This document shows positions 51,850 through 64,000 of a stretch of DNA of 64,000 bases, piece after piece. Under the pieces are notes generated by a model. That model was given only the letters and a program-made list of their open reading frames with translations, did not search any database and was not told the DNA's origin. A program made the translations under genes and the position numbers. The DNA is taken from the NCBI RefSeq assembly GCF_963676685.1, contig NC_092347.1, positions 14,942,001 to 15,006,000 on the forward strand. Reading direction: 5' to 3'. Source of the stretch: Mytilus edulis. Lineage: Eukaryota. Within the stretch, counting starts at the first letter, position 1. Each line of letters starts with the position of its first letter.

Positions 51850-54800
51850 TAGGAATGACAGCAATGGAGGACAGGAATCGTGGGCCACCAATGGTAAAAG
51901 AATGACATTAATGGAGGACAGGATTTGTGGACCGCCAATGGTAAAAGAATGACAGCGATGATCTTCAAGAATCAAGGACCATCAATGGCAAAGAAGGACA
52001 AAAATAATGGACCACCAATGGTAACATAATGACAGCCATGAGGAACAAAAATAATAGGCCACCAATGGTAAAATAGTGACAGCCACGAAGAGCAGAAATA
52101 ATAGACCATCAATGGTACAATAGTGACAGCCACGAAGAACAGAAATAATGGACCACCAATGGTAACATAGTAACAGCCATGAAGAACAACAGAAATAATA
52201 GACCAACAATGGTAAAATAGTGACAGCCATGAGGAACAAAAATAATGGGCCACCAATGGTAAAATAGTGACAGCCATGAAGAACAAAATAATGGACCAAC
52301 AATGGTAAAATAGTGACAGCCACGAAGAACAGAAATAATGGACCACCAATGGTAAAATAATGACAGCCATGAAGAACAAAAATAATGGGCCACCAATGGT
52401 AAAATAGTGACAGCCACGAAGAACAAAAATAATGGGCCACCAATGGTAAAATAGTGACAGCCATGAAGAACAAAATAATGGACCAACAATGGTAAAAAAG
52501 TGACAGCCATGAAGAACAGAAATAATGGACCACCAATGGTAAAATAGTGACAGCCACGAAGAACAGAAATAATGGACCACCAATGGTAACATAATAACAG
52601 CCACGAAGAACAGAAATCATGGACCACCAATGGTATCATAATGACAGCCATGAGGAACAAACATAATGGGCCACCAATGGTAAAATAGTGACAGCCATAA
52701 AGAACAAAATAATGGACCAACAATGGCAAAATAGTATCAGCTATGAAGAACAGACATAATGGGCCGACAAAGGTAAAATAATGACAGCCATGAAGAACAG
52801 AAATAATGGACCACCGATGGTAAAAAGAAAGACGGAATCATGGACCACCAATGGTAAAAGAATGACAGCAATGAAGGACAGGAATGAAGGACAACAATGA
52901 AGGACAAAAATCATTCACCACCAATGGTAAAAGAATGATAGCAACAAAGGACAGCAATCATGGACCACCAATGGTAAAAGAATAACGGAAACAAAGGACA
53001 GCAATCATGGACCACTAATGGTAAAAGAATGACAGTAATGAAGGACAGCAATCATTGACCACCAATGGTAAAAGAATGACAGCAATCACGGACCACTAAT
53101 GGTAAAAGAATGACGGCAATGAAGGACAGAAACCATTGACTACCAATGGTAAAAGAATGACAGCAATGGAGGACAGGAATCATGGACCACCAATGGTAAA
53201 AGAATAACAGCAATCATGGACCACCAATGGTAAAAGAATGACAACAAAGGAAGACAGGCATCGTGGACCACCAATGGTAAAAGATGGACAGCAATCATGG
53301 CCCACCAATGGTAAAAGAATGACAGCAGTGAAGCACATGAATCATTGACCATCAATGGTAAAAGAATGAAACACGCAATGAAGGACAGCAATGAAGGACA
53401 GGAATCATAAACCACCGACGGTAAAAGAATGACAGCAATGAAGAACAGAAATCATAGACCACCAATGGCAAAAGCTTATCAGCAATGGAGGACAACAATC
53501 ATGAACCACCAATGGTAAAAGAATGACATCAACAAAGGACAGGAATCATGGACTACCAATGGTAAGAGAATGACAGCAATGAAGGACAGCAATCATGGAC
53601 CATCAATTGGAAAACAAAGACAGCAATGAAGGACAGCAATCATGGACCACCAATGGTAAAAGAATGATAGCAATGAAGGACAGCAATCATGGACCACCAA
53701 TGGTAAAAGAATGACAGCAATTAAGGACAACAATCATGGACCACCAATGGGAAAAGAATGACAGCAATGAAGGACAGCAATCATGGACTACCCTACCAAT
53801 GGTAAAAGAATGTCAGCAATGAAGGACAGCAATCATGGACCACCAATGGTAAAAGAATGACAGCAATGAAGGACAGGAATCATGGACCACCAATGGTAAA
53901 AGAATGACAGCAATGAAGGACAGCAATCATGGACCACCAATGGTAAAAGAATGACAGCAATGAAGGACAGCAATCATGGACCACCAATGGTAAAAAAATG
54001 ACAGCAATGAAGGACAGCAATCATGGACCACAAATGGTAAAAGAATGACAGCAACAAAGGACAGCAATCATGGACCACCAATGGTAAAAGAATGACAGCA
54101 ATGAAGGACAACAATCATGGACCACCAATTGGAAAACAAAGACAGCAATGAAGGACAGCAATCATGGACCACCAATGGTAAAAGAATGATAGCAATGAAG
54201 GACAGCAATCATGGACCACCAATGGTAAAAGAATGACAGCAATTAAGGACAACAATCATGGACCACCAATGGGAAAAGAATGACAGCAATGAAGGACAGC
54301 AATCATGGACTACCCTACCAATGGTAAAAGAATGTCAGCAATGAAGGACAGCAATCATGGACCACCAATGGTAAAAGAATGACAGCAATGAAGGACAGCA
54401 ATCATGGACCACCAATGGTAAAAGAATGACAGCAATGAAGGACAGCAATCATGGACCACCAATGGTAAAAGAATGACAGGAATGAAGGACAGCAATCATG
54501 GACCACCAATGGTAAAAGAATGACAGCAATGAAGGACAGCAATCATGGACCACAAATGGTAAAAGAATGACAGCATCAAAGGACAGCAATCATGGACCAC
54601 CAATGGTAAAAGAATGACAGCAATGAAGGACAACAATCATGGACCACCAATTGGAAAAGAATGACAGCAATGAAGGACAGCAATCATGGACCACCAATGG
54701 TAAAAGAATGACATCAATGAAGGACAACAATCATGGACCACCAATGGGAATAGAATGACAGCAATGAAGGACAGCAATCATGGACCACCAATGGTAAAAT

Positions 54801-56900
54801 AATGACAGCAATGAAGGACAGCAATCATGGACCACCAAATTGGCAATGGTAAAAGAATAACAGCAACAAAGGACAGGAATCATGGACCACCAATGGTAAA
54901 AGAATGGCAGGAATGAAGGACAGCAATCATGGACCACCAATGGTTAAAGAATGGCAGGAACAAAGGACAGCAATCATGGACCACCAATGGGAAAAGAATG
55001 ACAGCAATAGAGGAGAGCCGTCATGAAGCTATGAAGAACAGACATAATGGGCCGACAAAGGTAAAATAATGACAGCCATGAAGAACAGAAATAATGGACC
55101 ACCAATGGTAAAAAGAAAGACGGAATCATGGACCACCAATGGTAAAAGAATGACAGCAATGAAGGACAGGAATGAAGGACAACAATGAAGGACAAAAATC
55201 ATTCACCACCAATGGTTAAAGAATGATAGCAACAAAGGACAGCAATCATGGACCACCAATGGTAAAAGAATAACGGAAACAAAGGACAGCAATCATGGAC
55301 CACTAATGGTAAAAGAATGACAGTAATGAAGGACAGCAATCATTGACCACCAATGGTAAAAGAATGACAGCAATCACGGACCACTAATGGTAAAAGAATG
55401 ACGGCAATGAAGGACAGAAACCATTGACTACCAATGGTAAAAGAATGACAGCAATGGAGGACAGGAATCATGGACCACCAATGGTAAAAGAATAACAGCA
55501 ATCATGGACCACCAATGGTAAAAGAATGACAACAAAGGAAGACAGGCATCGTGGACCACCAATGGTAAAAGATGGACAGCAATCATGGCCCACCAATGGT
55601 AAAAGAATGACAGCAGTGAAGCACATGAATCATTGACCATCAATGGTAAAAGAATGACACACGCAATGAAGGACAGCAATGAAGGACAGGAATCATAAAC
55701 CACCGACGGTAAAAGAATGACAGCAATGAAGAACAGAAATCATAGACCACCAATGGCAAAAGCTTATCAGCAATGGAGGACAGCAATCATGAACCACCAA
55801 TGGTAAAAGAATGACATCAACAAAGGACAGGAATCATGGACTACCAATGGTAAGAGAATGACAGCAATGAAGGACAGCAATCATGGACCATCAATTGGAA
55901 AACAAAGACAGCAATGAAGGACAGCAATCATGGACCACCAATGGTAAAAGAATGATAGCAATGAAGGACAGCAATCATGGACCACCAATGGTAAAAGAAT
56001 GACAGCAATTAAGGACAACAATCATGGACCACCAATGGGAAAAGAATGACAGCAATGAAGGACAGCAATCATGGACTACCCTACCAATGGTAAAAGAATG
56101 TCAGCAATGAAGGACAGCAATCATGGACCACCAATGGTAAAAGAATGACAGCAATGAAGGACAGCAATCATGGACCACCAATGGTAAAAGAATGACAGCA
56201 ATGAAGGACAGCAATCATGGACCACCAATGGTAAAAAAATGACAGCAATGAAGGACAGCAATCATGGACCACCAATGGTAAAAGAATGACAGCAATGAAG
56301 GACAGCAATCATGGACCACAAATGGTAAAAGAATGACAGCAACAAAGGACAGCAATCATGGACCACCAATGGTAAAAGAATGACAGCAATGAAGGACAAC
56401 AATCATGGACCACCAATTGGAAAAGAATGACAGCAATGAAGGACAGCAATCATGGACCACCAATGGTAAAAGAATGACATCAATGAAGGACAACAATCAT
56501 GGACCACCAATGGGAATAGAATGACAGCAATGAAGGACAGCAATCATGGACCACCAATGGTAAAATAATGACAGCAATGAAGGACAGCAATCATGGACCA
56601 CCAAATTGGCAATGGTAAAAGAATAACAGCAACAAAGGACAGGAATCATGGACCACCAATGGTAAAAGAATGGCAGGAATGAAGGACAGCAATCATGGAC
56701 CACCAATGGTTAAAGAATGGCAGGAACAAAGGACAGCAATCATGGACCACCAATGGGAAAAGAATGACAGCAATAGAGGAGAGCCGTCATGGAACACAAA
56801 CTGTTAAATCATGACTCCAATGAAGGACAGCAATCATGGATCACCAATGGTAAAAGAATTACAGCAACGAAGGACAAGAATCACGGACCACCAATGGTGA
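51850..56900. repeat. About 5-kb minisatellite with a 47-bp monomer and nested block duplications
   Basis: Monomer aatcatggaccaccaatggtaaaagaatgacagcaatgaaggacagc. Block 52741-55028 is repeated at 55029-56790, and the first block has an internal 522-bp duplication. Confidence 0.96.
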
Positions 56901-58854
56901 AAACAACTCACCAGGAAAACCAGGCTTATCATTTATTACGCCATGTGCGCGTTTTGTCTTCATGGAGTCACCAGAGGTATTCCAAACAAACCAGTTCGTA
57001 GACACAAAGTCATACATAATCACAATAATCTTGTGAAAAATAAGATGACGTTGTAGGAATGTATTATGCGAAAGATTTTCATCGGAGACAGTATGACGTA
57101 GAAGTCAGCACCTATATGTTAATGTTTGCTACAAGTACAATGATAAGCCTTATGTAATATAAATAAATTAAATTCATCTATTTGTTTCAATATATTGTAT
57201 ATGTAAAATGAAATCAGTTGACCAGGATAAAAGAAGACTTACGTCTTATCAATAAAAATATATAATTAACTTTTTAATTGATGAAATGTATATATGCTTT
57301 TATGTTATACACACTTGATTCAGATTGTAAATTGACCCAAATAAGTTGAAATGCCAACAATTTCTTTTTGGTTGAAAAGAGAGCGCGATTTTCCCACACT
57401 CTATATATTTAAAAAAAAAAAAAAAAAAAAAGAATTAATAGTTTGGTATAACGAAGCTCGGATGTAACATTATAAAATTATTTTCTACTTCAAGAACAGT
57501 TTTCATGTATCTATAGCATGAGCTTATCTCAAACTATTTTGAATTTAAATTACTGTCTTGGTAACCATTGCAACGACAAAAAGGGAAAATTTTATTATTT
57601 TCGTATTTGATATTTCAAGAAAACTTGGCATGCGTGCATATTTTTAATCAAAGATTAGCAATTTCTACCTATTTTCAAAATCTTTCATCCTTAAATAGTA
57701 TGACTCTTAAATAGTCCACTCACGTCCAGAAACAGTATTAAAACATCTAATTAATCATCGTCAGACTCTCAATAAAAATGGTTTTGTTAGGTCACTTAAA
57801 ACATTTCTATAAATCAAGGTTAAATTTCCTATGTAAATACTGTAAATTTCTTCTAAATATAAGTATGGTTCAATAAATAAACAAATTATTTCAAGTTGAT
57901 GAATTGCTAATGGAAAAAAATTTGATTACATGCAACTGTTATTTTTTATTATATCTTTTTGAGTGGTTCAAAACAGGCGTACCCTCCAATGATGTATTGA
58001 TGTTACGTGTGCTCTTATTTATATTGCAATTCGAAAGGCCAATGCGTGCTTTTTAACAACATTTAATAATTATTCACACACATGTAATTTGTTTACGCAA
58101 TTTCGATGTTTTTTGCTACTTTTAAGACTACTTCTAATTACATATCACTCAATGTAAATATACATCTTTGATTTTCCCACGCTTTATCTGTATTTATTCT
58201 CGATACAGATTTATTCATAAAACGCATGAAAAAGCAGAAAAAACACCGTCCAGTTTTTATTTGATAACCTATAAATTTTCGGGTTACACTTCCGTTTACC
58301 TGTTAGTTCAACCACATGAAAAAACATGATAGACATTTATTCAAATCTTAAGAAATATTGCATGCCTTACACGTAACCAAACATACAATCAAAAAAAAAA
58401 TACAAAAAAAAGTGGAAGCGTGTTATAAACAAAAACCAACTTTGAATTCTAAAGTTTTCCATACAGATTTTTCGAATTTGAATATAACAAAAAATATTTT
58501 TTAATCAGATACACGTATGTGTCATTCACTATGTTTTATAAAGAATGAAGTGAACAACTTGATTTCCAATAACGGAAAAAACGGATGTAGAGCAAATATA
58601 TATTTTTACTAGAATACAAGTAGACCAATATGTAGAAGAAACTAAGCTTCAGGCAAATTAGCATTGTTGATTATTATACTATTATACATCTTTTGTCATG
58701 AAAAAATACTTCATAATATATATAGCTTTAAAGCTTCCCACTAAGCAACACACATTCATGCATATTTTTTTTTAAATCTTTGATTTTCCCACGCGTAAGC
58801 TATGATCATTCTCTATATAGGTTTATTCATAATATCGTATGGCAAAGCAAATAT

Positions 58855-59155
58855 GGTTATCAAGGTACCAGGCTTATAATTTGTACGCCAGTCGCGCGTT
58901 TCGTCTAAATAAGACTCATCAATGACCTTCAGATCAAAATAGTTAAAAAGCCAAACAAGTAAAAAGATGAATAGTAGTGAGGACCAAAAATTCCAAAATA
59001 TTGTGCCAAATACGGCGAAGGTAATTTATGCCTTGGCTAAGAAAATCTTTCGTTTTTCGATATGTTCGAATAGTTCATAATTAAAGTAGTAAACAGTAAA
59101 TTTATGAAAATGACCATATAATTGATATTATGCCAACACCAAAGTGCTGACTACT
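58855..59155 (-). mobile_element. Retrozyme family 2 copy, hammerhead relic at 58885-58927
   Basis: Reverse complement reads ggtca-TTGATGA-gtcttatttagac-GAAA-cgcgcg-AC-tggcgt (two core substitutions). Confidence 0.72.
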
Positions 59156-59448
59156 AAAACAAATGTTCATTTTTCATCTTATAGGTGATGTGTACGTTTT
59201 AATACATTTTTGTGTGTGACCCGCAATTGTTTTAGTTTAATCAATTTTTGACTATCTGACTCAAAAAAAGCAACATTTCAGAAAAGAATATTCCGAGGAG
59301 TCAACGATGTAGCAAATTTGAAAAAAAAAATATTTTAAAATAGTGAAGAAAATGTTCTCAATAGAAGTTTTCTTATTATTGTCAAAAACACAGATATATA
59401 TGCAGATACATAAATAGAGTTTTTTTTTTTACTTGAAACGATTCTTAC

Positions 59449-59523
59449 CACTAGTATAAAAGATCCAATGAATTCCGCTATTATTTCACGACTTACTCTA
59501 CTTCTTAATTTCCAGAACACCAT
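59449..59523 (-). CDS. Paralogous aquaglyceroporin exon 1 (distal, 1b): alternative first exon or orphan duplicate
   Basis: ATG at 59523, MVFWKLRSRVSREIIAEFIGSFILV (18/25 identical to exon 1a), same 75-nt length and same GTAAGAAT donor. Confidence 0.8.
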
Positions 59524-60718
59524 CTTAAAGACAGACAGTTTTTAATGTAATTACACTTCACCTTTCACCTAATGCTATATAGTCCTACATAAAATTATAT
59601 TAATCGTAAAGTAATAGATGTTGTCGACTGCAACTTATGAAATACACCTGGGGGGAAAACAACGAAATGACAATTGTTTTAATTGTTCGGTCACAAGTCT
59701 GTAAATAGGATTTTTTTTCACTAATAATAGTAATACTTATATAAACATTAACACTTCTGTTACGTATCTTCCGTTCTTACTCACTGCAGGTCGGACGTCA
59801 TTTTAGATACACAAATATATTTTACATAAATTAATAATATCGTTTGTCTGACTGCATACATTTACATTTTTTTTCGGGTTAGCAATAGCGGAAGCAATAA
59901 AATTTCTCCAGGCTAAGCTATAGCGGAAGCAATAATTTTGAATTCATTTTCATACTGTTGTGCTTTAAAAGGTACACATAATGATGAAACCTCATTTTAT
60001 CAACCGTTTTAGCTACAGGTGTTATTCGTCACCAGTTTTTGAAAAACGTTGGATAGGTAAATCAACCAAAGGGTTTTTTTATTTAAAAAAAAACAAGATC
60101 TAATAATTTGGATCACTTTGGATGCGTCCAGACGAAGATAAAAAGATGTTGAAACTGATGCCTCTAGTTAAGGGTAAACAACTAGTAACAACAATATTAG
60201 GTGCCTCGTTGTAGGCAAACAATTAATCTTTTCAACGATCCTAGATTTATCCATTTAATCCAAATGTTTTCATCTTCACCCTGGCCGACCTACATTGGAG
60301 ACCCTTTTTTTGGTTTGTATTTTATTACCAATCTAAAAAAAAAAGGGAAATTTTGCTATTAACTTAGTACTTTCAAACTCTGAAATACTGTGAATTTTAT
60401 TTAATTCGGTACAATTCAGATCGGTCCATGATTCTTAAAATGTATCTGGTCAATCCAAACATTTCTTTATAATTTTTGCATCCAGCTGTTAAAAAGTAAC
60501 AATATCTGTTTTAATTACGTATAGTACTAAGCCTTAAAAGTCTTATTTACCTTGAAACGTGTATTGGTTGAAAAAGAAATGATACGCAAACGTTACTTTA
60601 CTGTATTTATTATTCCTTCAAAAATCATTTTTATCTATCAAGTCTAGGTATAACAATACAAGTATTACCTTATCGCCTTTAAATTGCGTCTTCAATGGCG
60701 AAATAACGTTTATATCTT

Positions 60719-61325
60719 GGCGTCACTGGTGAGTCTTGTGTGGGCAAGGCGCGTTTTTGGCGTATTGAATTTTAAACCTGATGCTTTTTGTTATCTATTA
60801 ATCATGTTTTTCTGTGTCTAATATGTTCTCCTATTTATTTGTATTGTAGTCCTGTAATATTATGTTGTCATTTCAATGTTATATTTAACTTTGCCATTAA
60901 AGTGCGAGGTTTGGCATGCCTTAAAACCAGGTTCAACCCACCACTTTTATTCCCCTTTAAAAGTGTCCTGTACCAAGTCAGGAAGATGGTCATTGTTATA
61001 TATTGTTCGTTTCTCTTTGTGTTGCATTTTAACGTTGAGTCGTTTGTGTTTTCTCTTATTTTTGAGATATTGAGATAAGACGTGGCACGGTACTTGTCTA
61101 TCCCAAATTCATGTATTTGGTTTTCATGTTACATTTGTTATTCTCGTGGTGTTTTGTCTGATGATTGGTCTGTTTCTGTGTGTGTTGCGTTTCGATGTTG
61201 TGTCGTTGTTCTCCTCTTATATTTAATGCGTTTCGCTCGGTTTTGGTTTGTTACCCCGATTTTGTTTTTTGTCCATGGATTTATGAGTTTTGAACAGCGG
61301 TATACTACTGTTGCCTTTATTTACA
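60719..61325 (+). mobile_element. Hammerhead relic (family 2) fused to the dispersed repeat family
   Basis: gcgtcactggtgagtcttgtgtgggc...tggcgtattgaattttaaacctg is colinear with 34807-35250. Confidence 0.6.
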
Positions 61326-61904
61326 ATTACAAGATGGGTTCCGAAAAATCAAATATCATAATAAGCAAAACATATGTTAAAATAGTATTACCAGCCCTAT
61401 TTTCTGCACCAGATACGTATTTAAACAATTAATGTTTCTTAAATGATACTTGAGGCAAAACTATTTGAAAATCTATATATAATTAAAAAATGAGTGCACA
61501 CGCTGACATGTTTCACCTGTTTAACATATCCTTGCATACATGTTGCAAGTCTGTAATATGAAAGTGTGTGCTGAATGTTCTTGTCTTTGTTTGTTCTGTA
61601 TTCCTGTCATATTGTCTTTTATATTGCCATGTACGCGAGAGGTTAGGATAACCATAAAACCAGGTTCAATCCTCCCCTTTTTCCTTAAAATTTCCTGTAC
61701 CAAGTCAGGAATTATGCAGTTGTCGTCAAATAATCCGTTTCTATGTATGTTGGCGTTTGGTTTTGATACAGTTCAGTGTTTCTCTTGTTCCGTTATTTTC
61801 CTTATATAGATGATGTATTTCCATCGGTTTTAGTTTGTAACCCGATTTTATTTTCTCTTAAGCGATTTATGACTTTTAACAGCGGTATTTTACTGTTGCC
61901 TTTA

Positions 61905-62820
61905 CTACAAGTATCACATAAACATAACATAATAAATGTTCTTTGATAATGAGGCTAAGCAAATATGGACCATGCCGAACAGGTGCGTACACTTACAATT
62001 ACTCCATACACCAAAATAGATTTGACCTATTGCTTATAGCATCTGACAAACTTACAAAATTATAATAACTTATCATTGACCAATGAATCATCTAAATGAG
62101 AACAAAGTGGCACGAAGCATGTCAGACAGACATGTATGTCTTGCAATTTTCCATACACTCAATGTAAATAACCTATCGCTTAAAACATCTGAGAAATAGA
62201 CCAAACCACAAACAATAATCATTGTCCAATAAACCCTGTTAATGAGATCCAGGTCATATAAAACATACAAAGCGGACATGTACACATAACACCCATTCCG
62301 TACACCAACTATGGTGACCATATTGTTTGTAGTCTCCGAGAAATAATCTAAACCGCTAAAACTAAACAGTGTCAAATGAACCATGACATTTAGGTCAAAT
62401 TGTGATGAAACCTGCCTATTGGAGATGTACACCCTCCAATAATTTCATCATTAAATATGATTGACCTATTGCTTAAGGTACTGAAAGACTTGACCACATA
62501 ACTTTGACCTTGATGACTAATCCATGGAATGAGGTCGAGATCAGATGTAAGCTATCTGACCGACATGTAAACATTGCAAGTAACCAATACCAAATATATG
62601 TATCCTTATACTCATAATAGGTGAATATTTCACTACAGAAAAAATGAGGCCAAGTACAATATATATAGACATCTGACAAACGGAAACATAATAACATAAG
62701 GTATCTGCACACACTAGGTATGAAGCATTCATGTCTTTTACATTCTGAAATATAAAGGTTAAAACAAATAGTTAAAGCCGCCCCCAGATAGTGATACCTA
62801 TGTCTCGGATACTGAGACAA
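61905..62820 (+). mobile_element. Degenerate Helentron-associated (HINE-like) element with internal tandem repeats
   Basis: Recurring tgacctattgctta / tgacct / aggtca units, ending in gatacctatgtctcggatactgagacaa (short hairpin). Confidence 0.45.
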
Positions 62821-64000
62821 GCATAAAAGCTTATGGACACAAAAGGATAACAAGTATAGCCATAGCCGTGTAAGAAATCAGACATTTGCATGATAGAAAT
62901 ATTTTCCTTTATTCAGAATAATTTCCAAACTTTTGTAAGAACAAGTTTTAAAACACAATATCCGAGAACGAACTCCGTTCAGTGATCGTTTCCCTCCCGG
63001 AACTGTTTTCCTTTACTATGGAGTATATGGATCGGAGCTGGAACTGCCGGGGAGTTTGCCCCTTTCACTAACAGTCAATCAGCAGAAATATCGACCAAGT
63101 GGTAATAATAAGCTTAATGGTACCATTTTTTTCTCGACCAGAGGTCATTTTAGCACTTATTGTTTCCTCAGAATCGATTTCAAACCACTTAGAAATGAAG
63201 AGCTTATAAACCAAAAAGTACAAAAAGTAGACAAAAAATCATAAAAAACATGAATGAAGAAAATTTATATTTTAGCATCTTTATTTTTCATATGACAAAT
63301 AAGCATCGTTTATCGAATGTTCTTTGTTCAAATTGAATAACACATGTTACATATATCAGACACTAGAAACAATATTATTAAATTGTAAAAGAAAGTATCA
63401 ACACTATAAATATTTACAAGACAAAATGTTCAATCTTTTCCCTATCTAAAAAATGTTCAGAAAAACATTTTTCACTTGTCATGTTGAAATTTGTATGCTC
63501 AAGAATAATACGTTAGTACGCTCTGTTGATTTCCACGTAATAGTAAAGTTGGAGGCAATCCTTCTGTTAATGTTTCCAACCAACTCATATATAAAGCTCC
63601 TGGACAGGAGGCCTTTTTAGGAATCGGTAAAGTTCTGAAAAAGAATATCGGATTTGTTTAAATCATTTAAAAAAAACAAATCTGTTCGAAAACGTTCAGA
63701 GTCTTTTTTTAATGTACATATATATCTTCAGTGATTGACTGATTTGAATTTCTATATATACTAGAGTTACTCCCCTGTGAACACACACAGTATGTTGATA
63801 CTTGTTTAGTATTAATTTTAGTAATGTTGTTTAGATGTTATTCTTTGTTGTATCTATGCTGTTATGTTCATAATTGAGCTTTCTTTAATAAAATATTTCG
63901 TATTCGGTATTGAATTATGTAACCTATAATGATCTATAATTTCACCTCTTAAAGATTAATGGTAACAAAATATAATAATTATCTTAAAACAAATACGTGA

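Noticed and set aside
51972-52729. Three overlapping 206-212 aa hydrophobic ORFs, plus similar ORFs at 53140-56706
   Set aside because: They are translations of the 47-bp satellite, which lacks minus-strand stops; all three frames give the same cyclic peptide.
63499-63634. Possible terminal exon on the minus strand (TTTTTCAG acceptor; [28 protein letters not shown]...)
   Set aside because: Short, frame ambiguous and without recognisable homology; any upstream exons would lie outside the window.

Overview
AT-rich, intron-containing, repeat-dense animal genomic DNA. The repeat families and gene types point to a bivalve mollusc, most likely a Mytilus mussel (inference). Two host genes are supported. 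(1) A complete six-exon aquaglyceroporin (AQP3/7/9/10 type, 289 aa by my splicing) lies on the minus strand at 39736-49807. It has an atypical second motif (NCARD instead of NPARD), a Gly-Gly-Tyr-Arg selectivity filter, three extra 111-bp tandem copies of the loop-E end of exon 5 inside intron 5, and a second intact paralogous first exon about 9.7 kb upstream (59449-59523). (2) A 264-aa NHL/beta-propeller coding exon lies on the plus strand at 31195-31989. The rest is mobile DNA: tandem 350-nt repeats carrying type I hammerhead ribozymes (non-LTR retrozymes, two sequence families), Penelope-like RT relics, two LINE 3' fragments, two non-autonomous Helitrons (one with a nested LINE), hAT-type elements with 5-bp TSDs, TTAA- and TA-flanked foldback MITEs, a 60-bp mini-element with a 9-bp TSD, long-hairpin elements of uncertain class, and two minisatellites (41 bp and 47 bp) with higher-order structure. 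All calls were made by eye; no database search was run.
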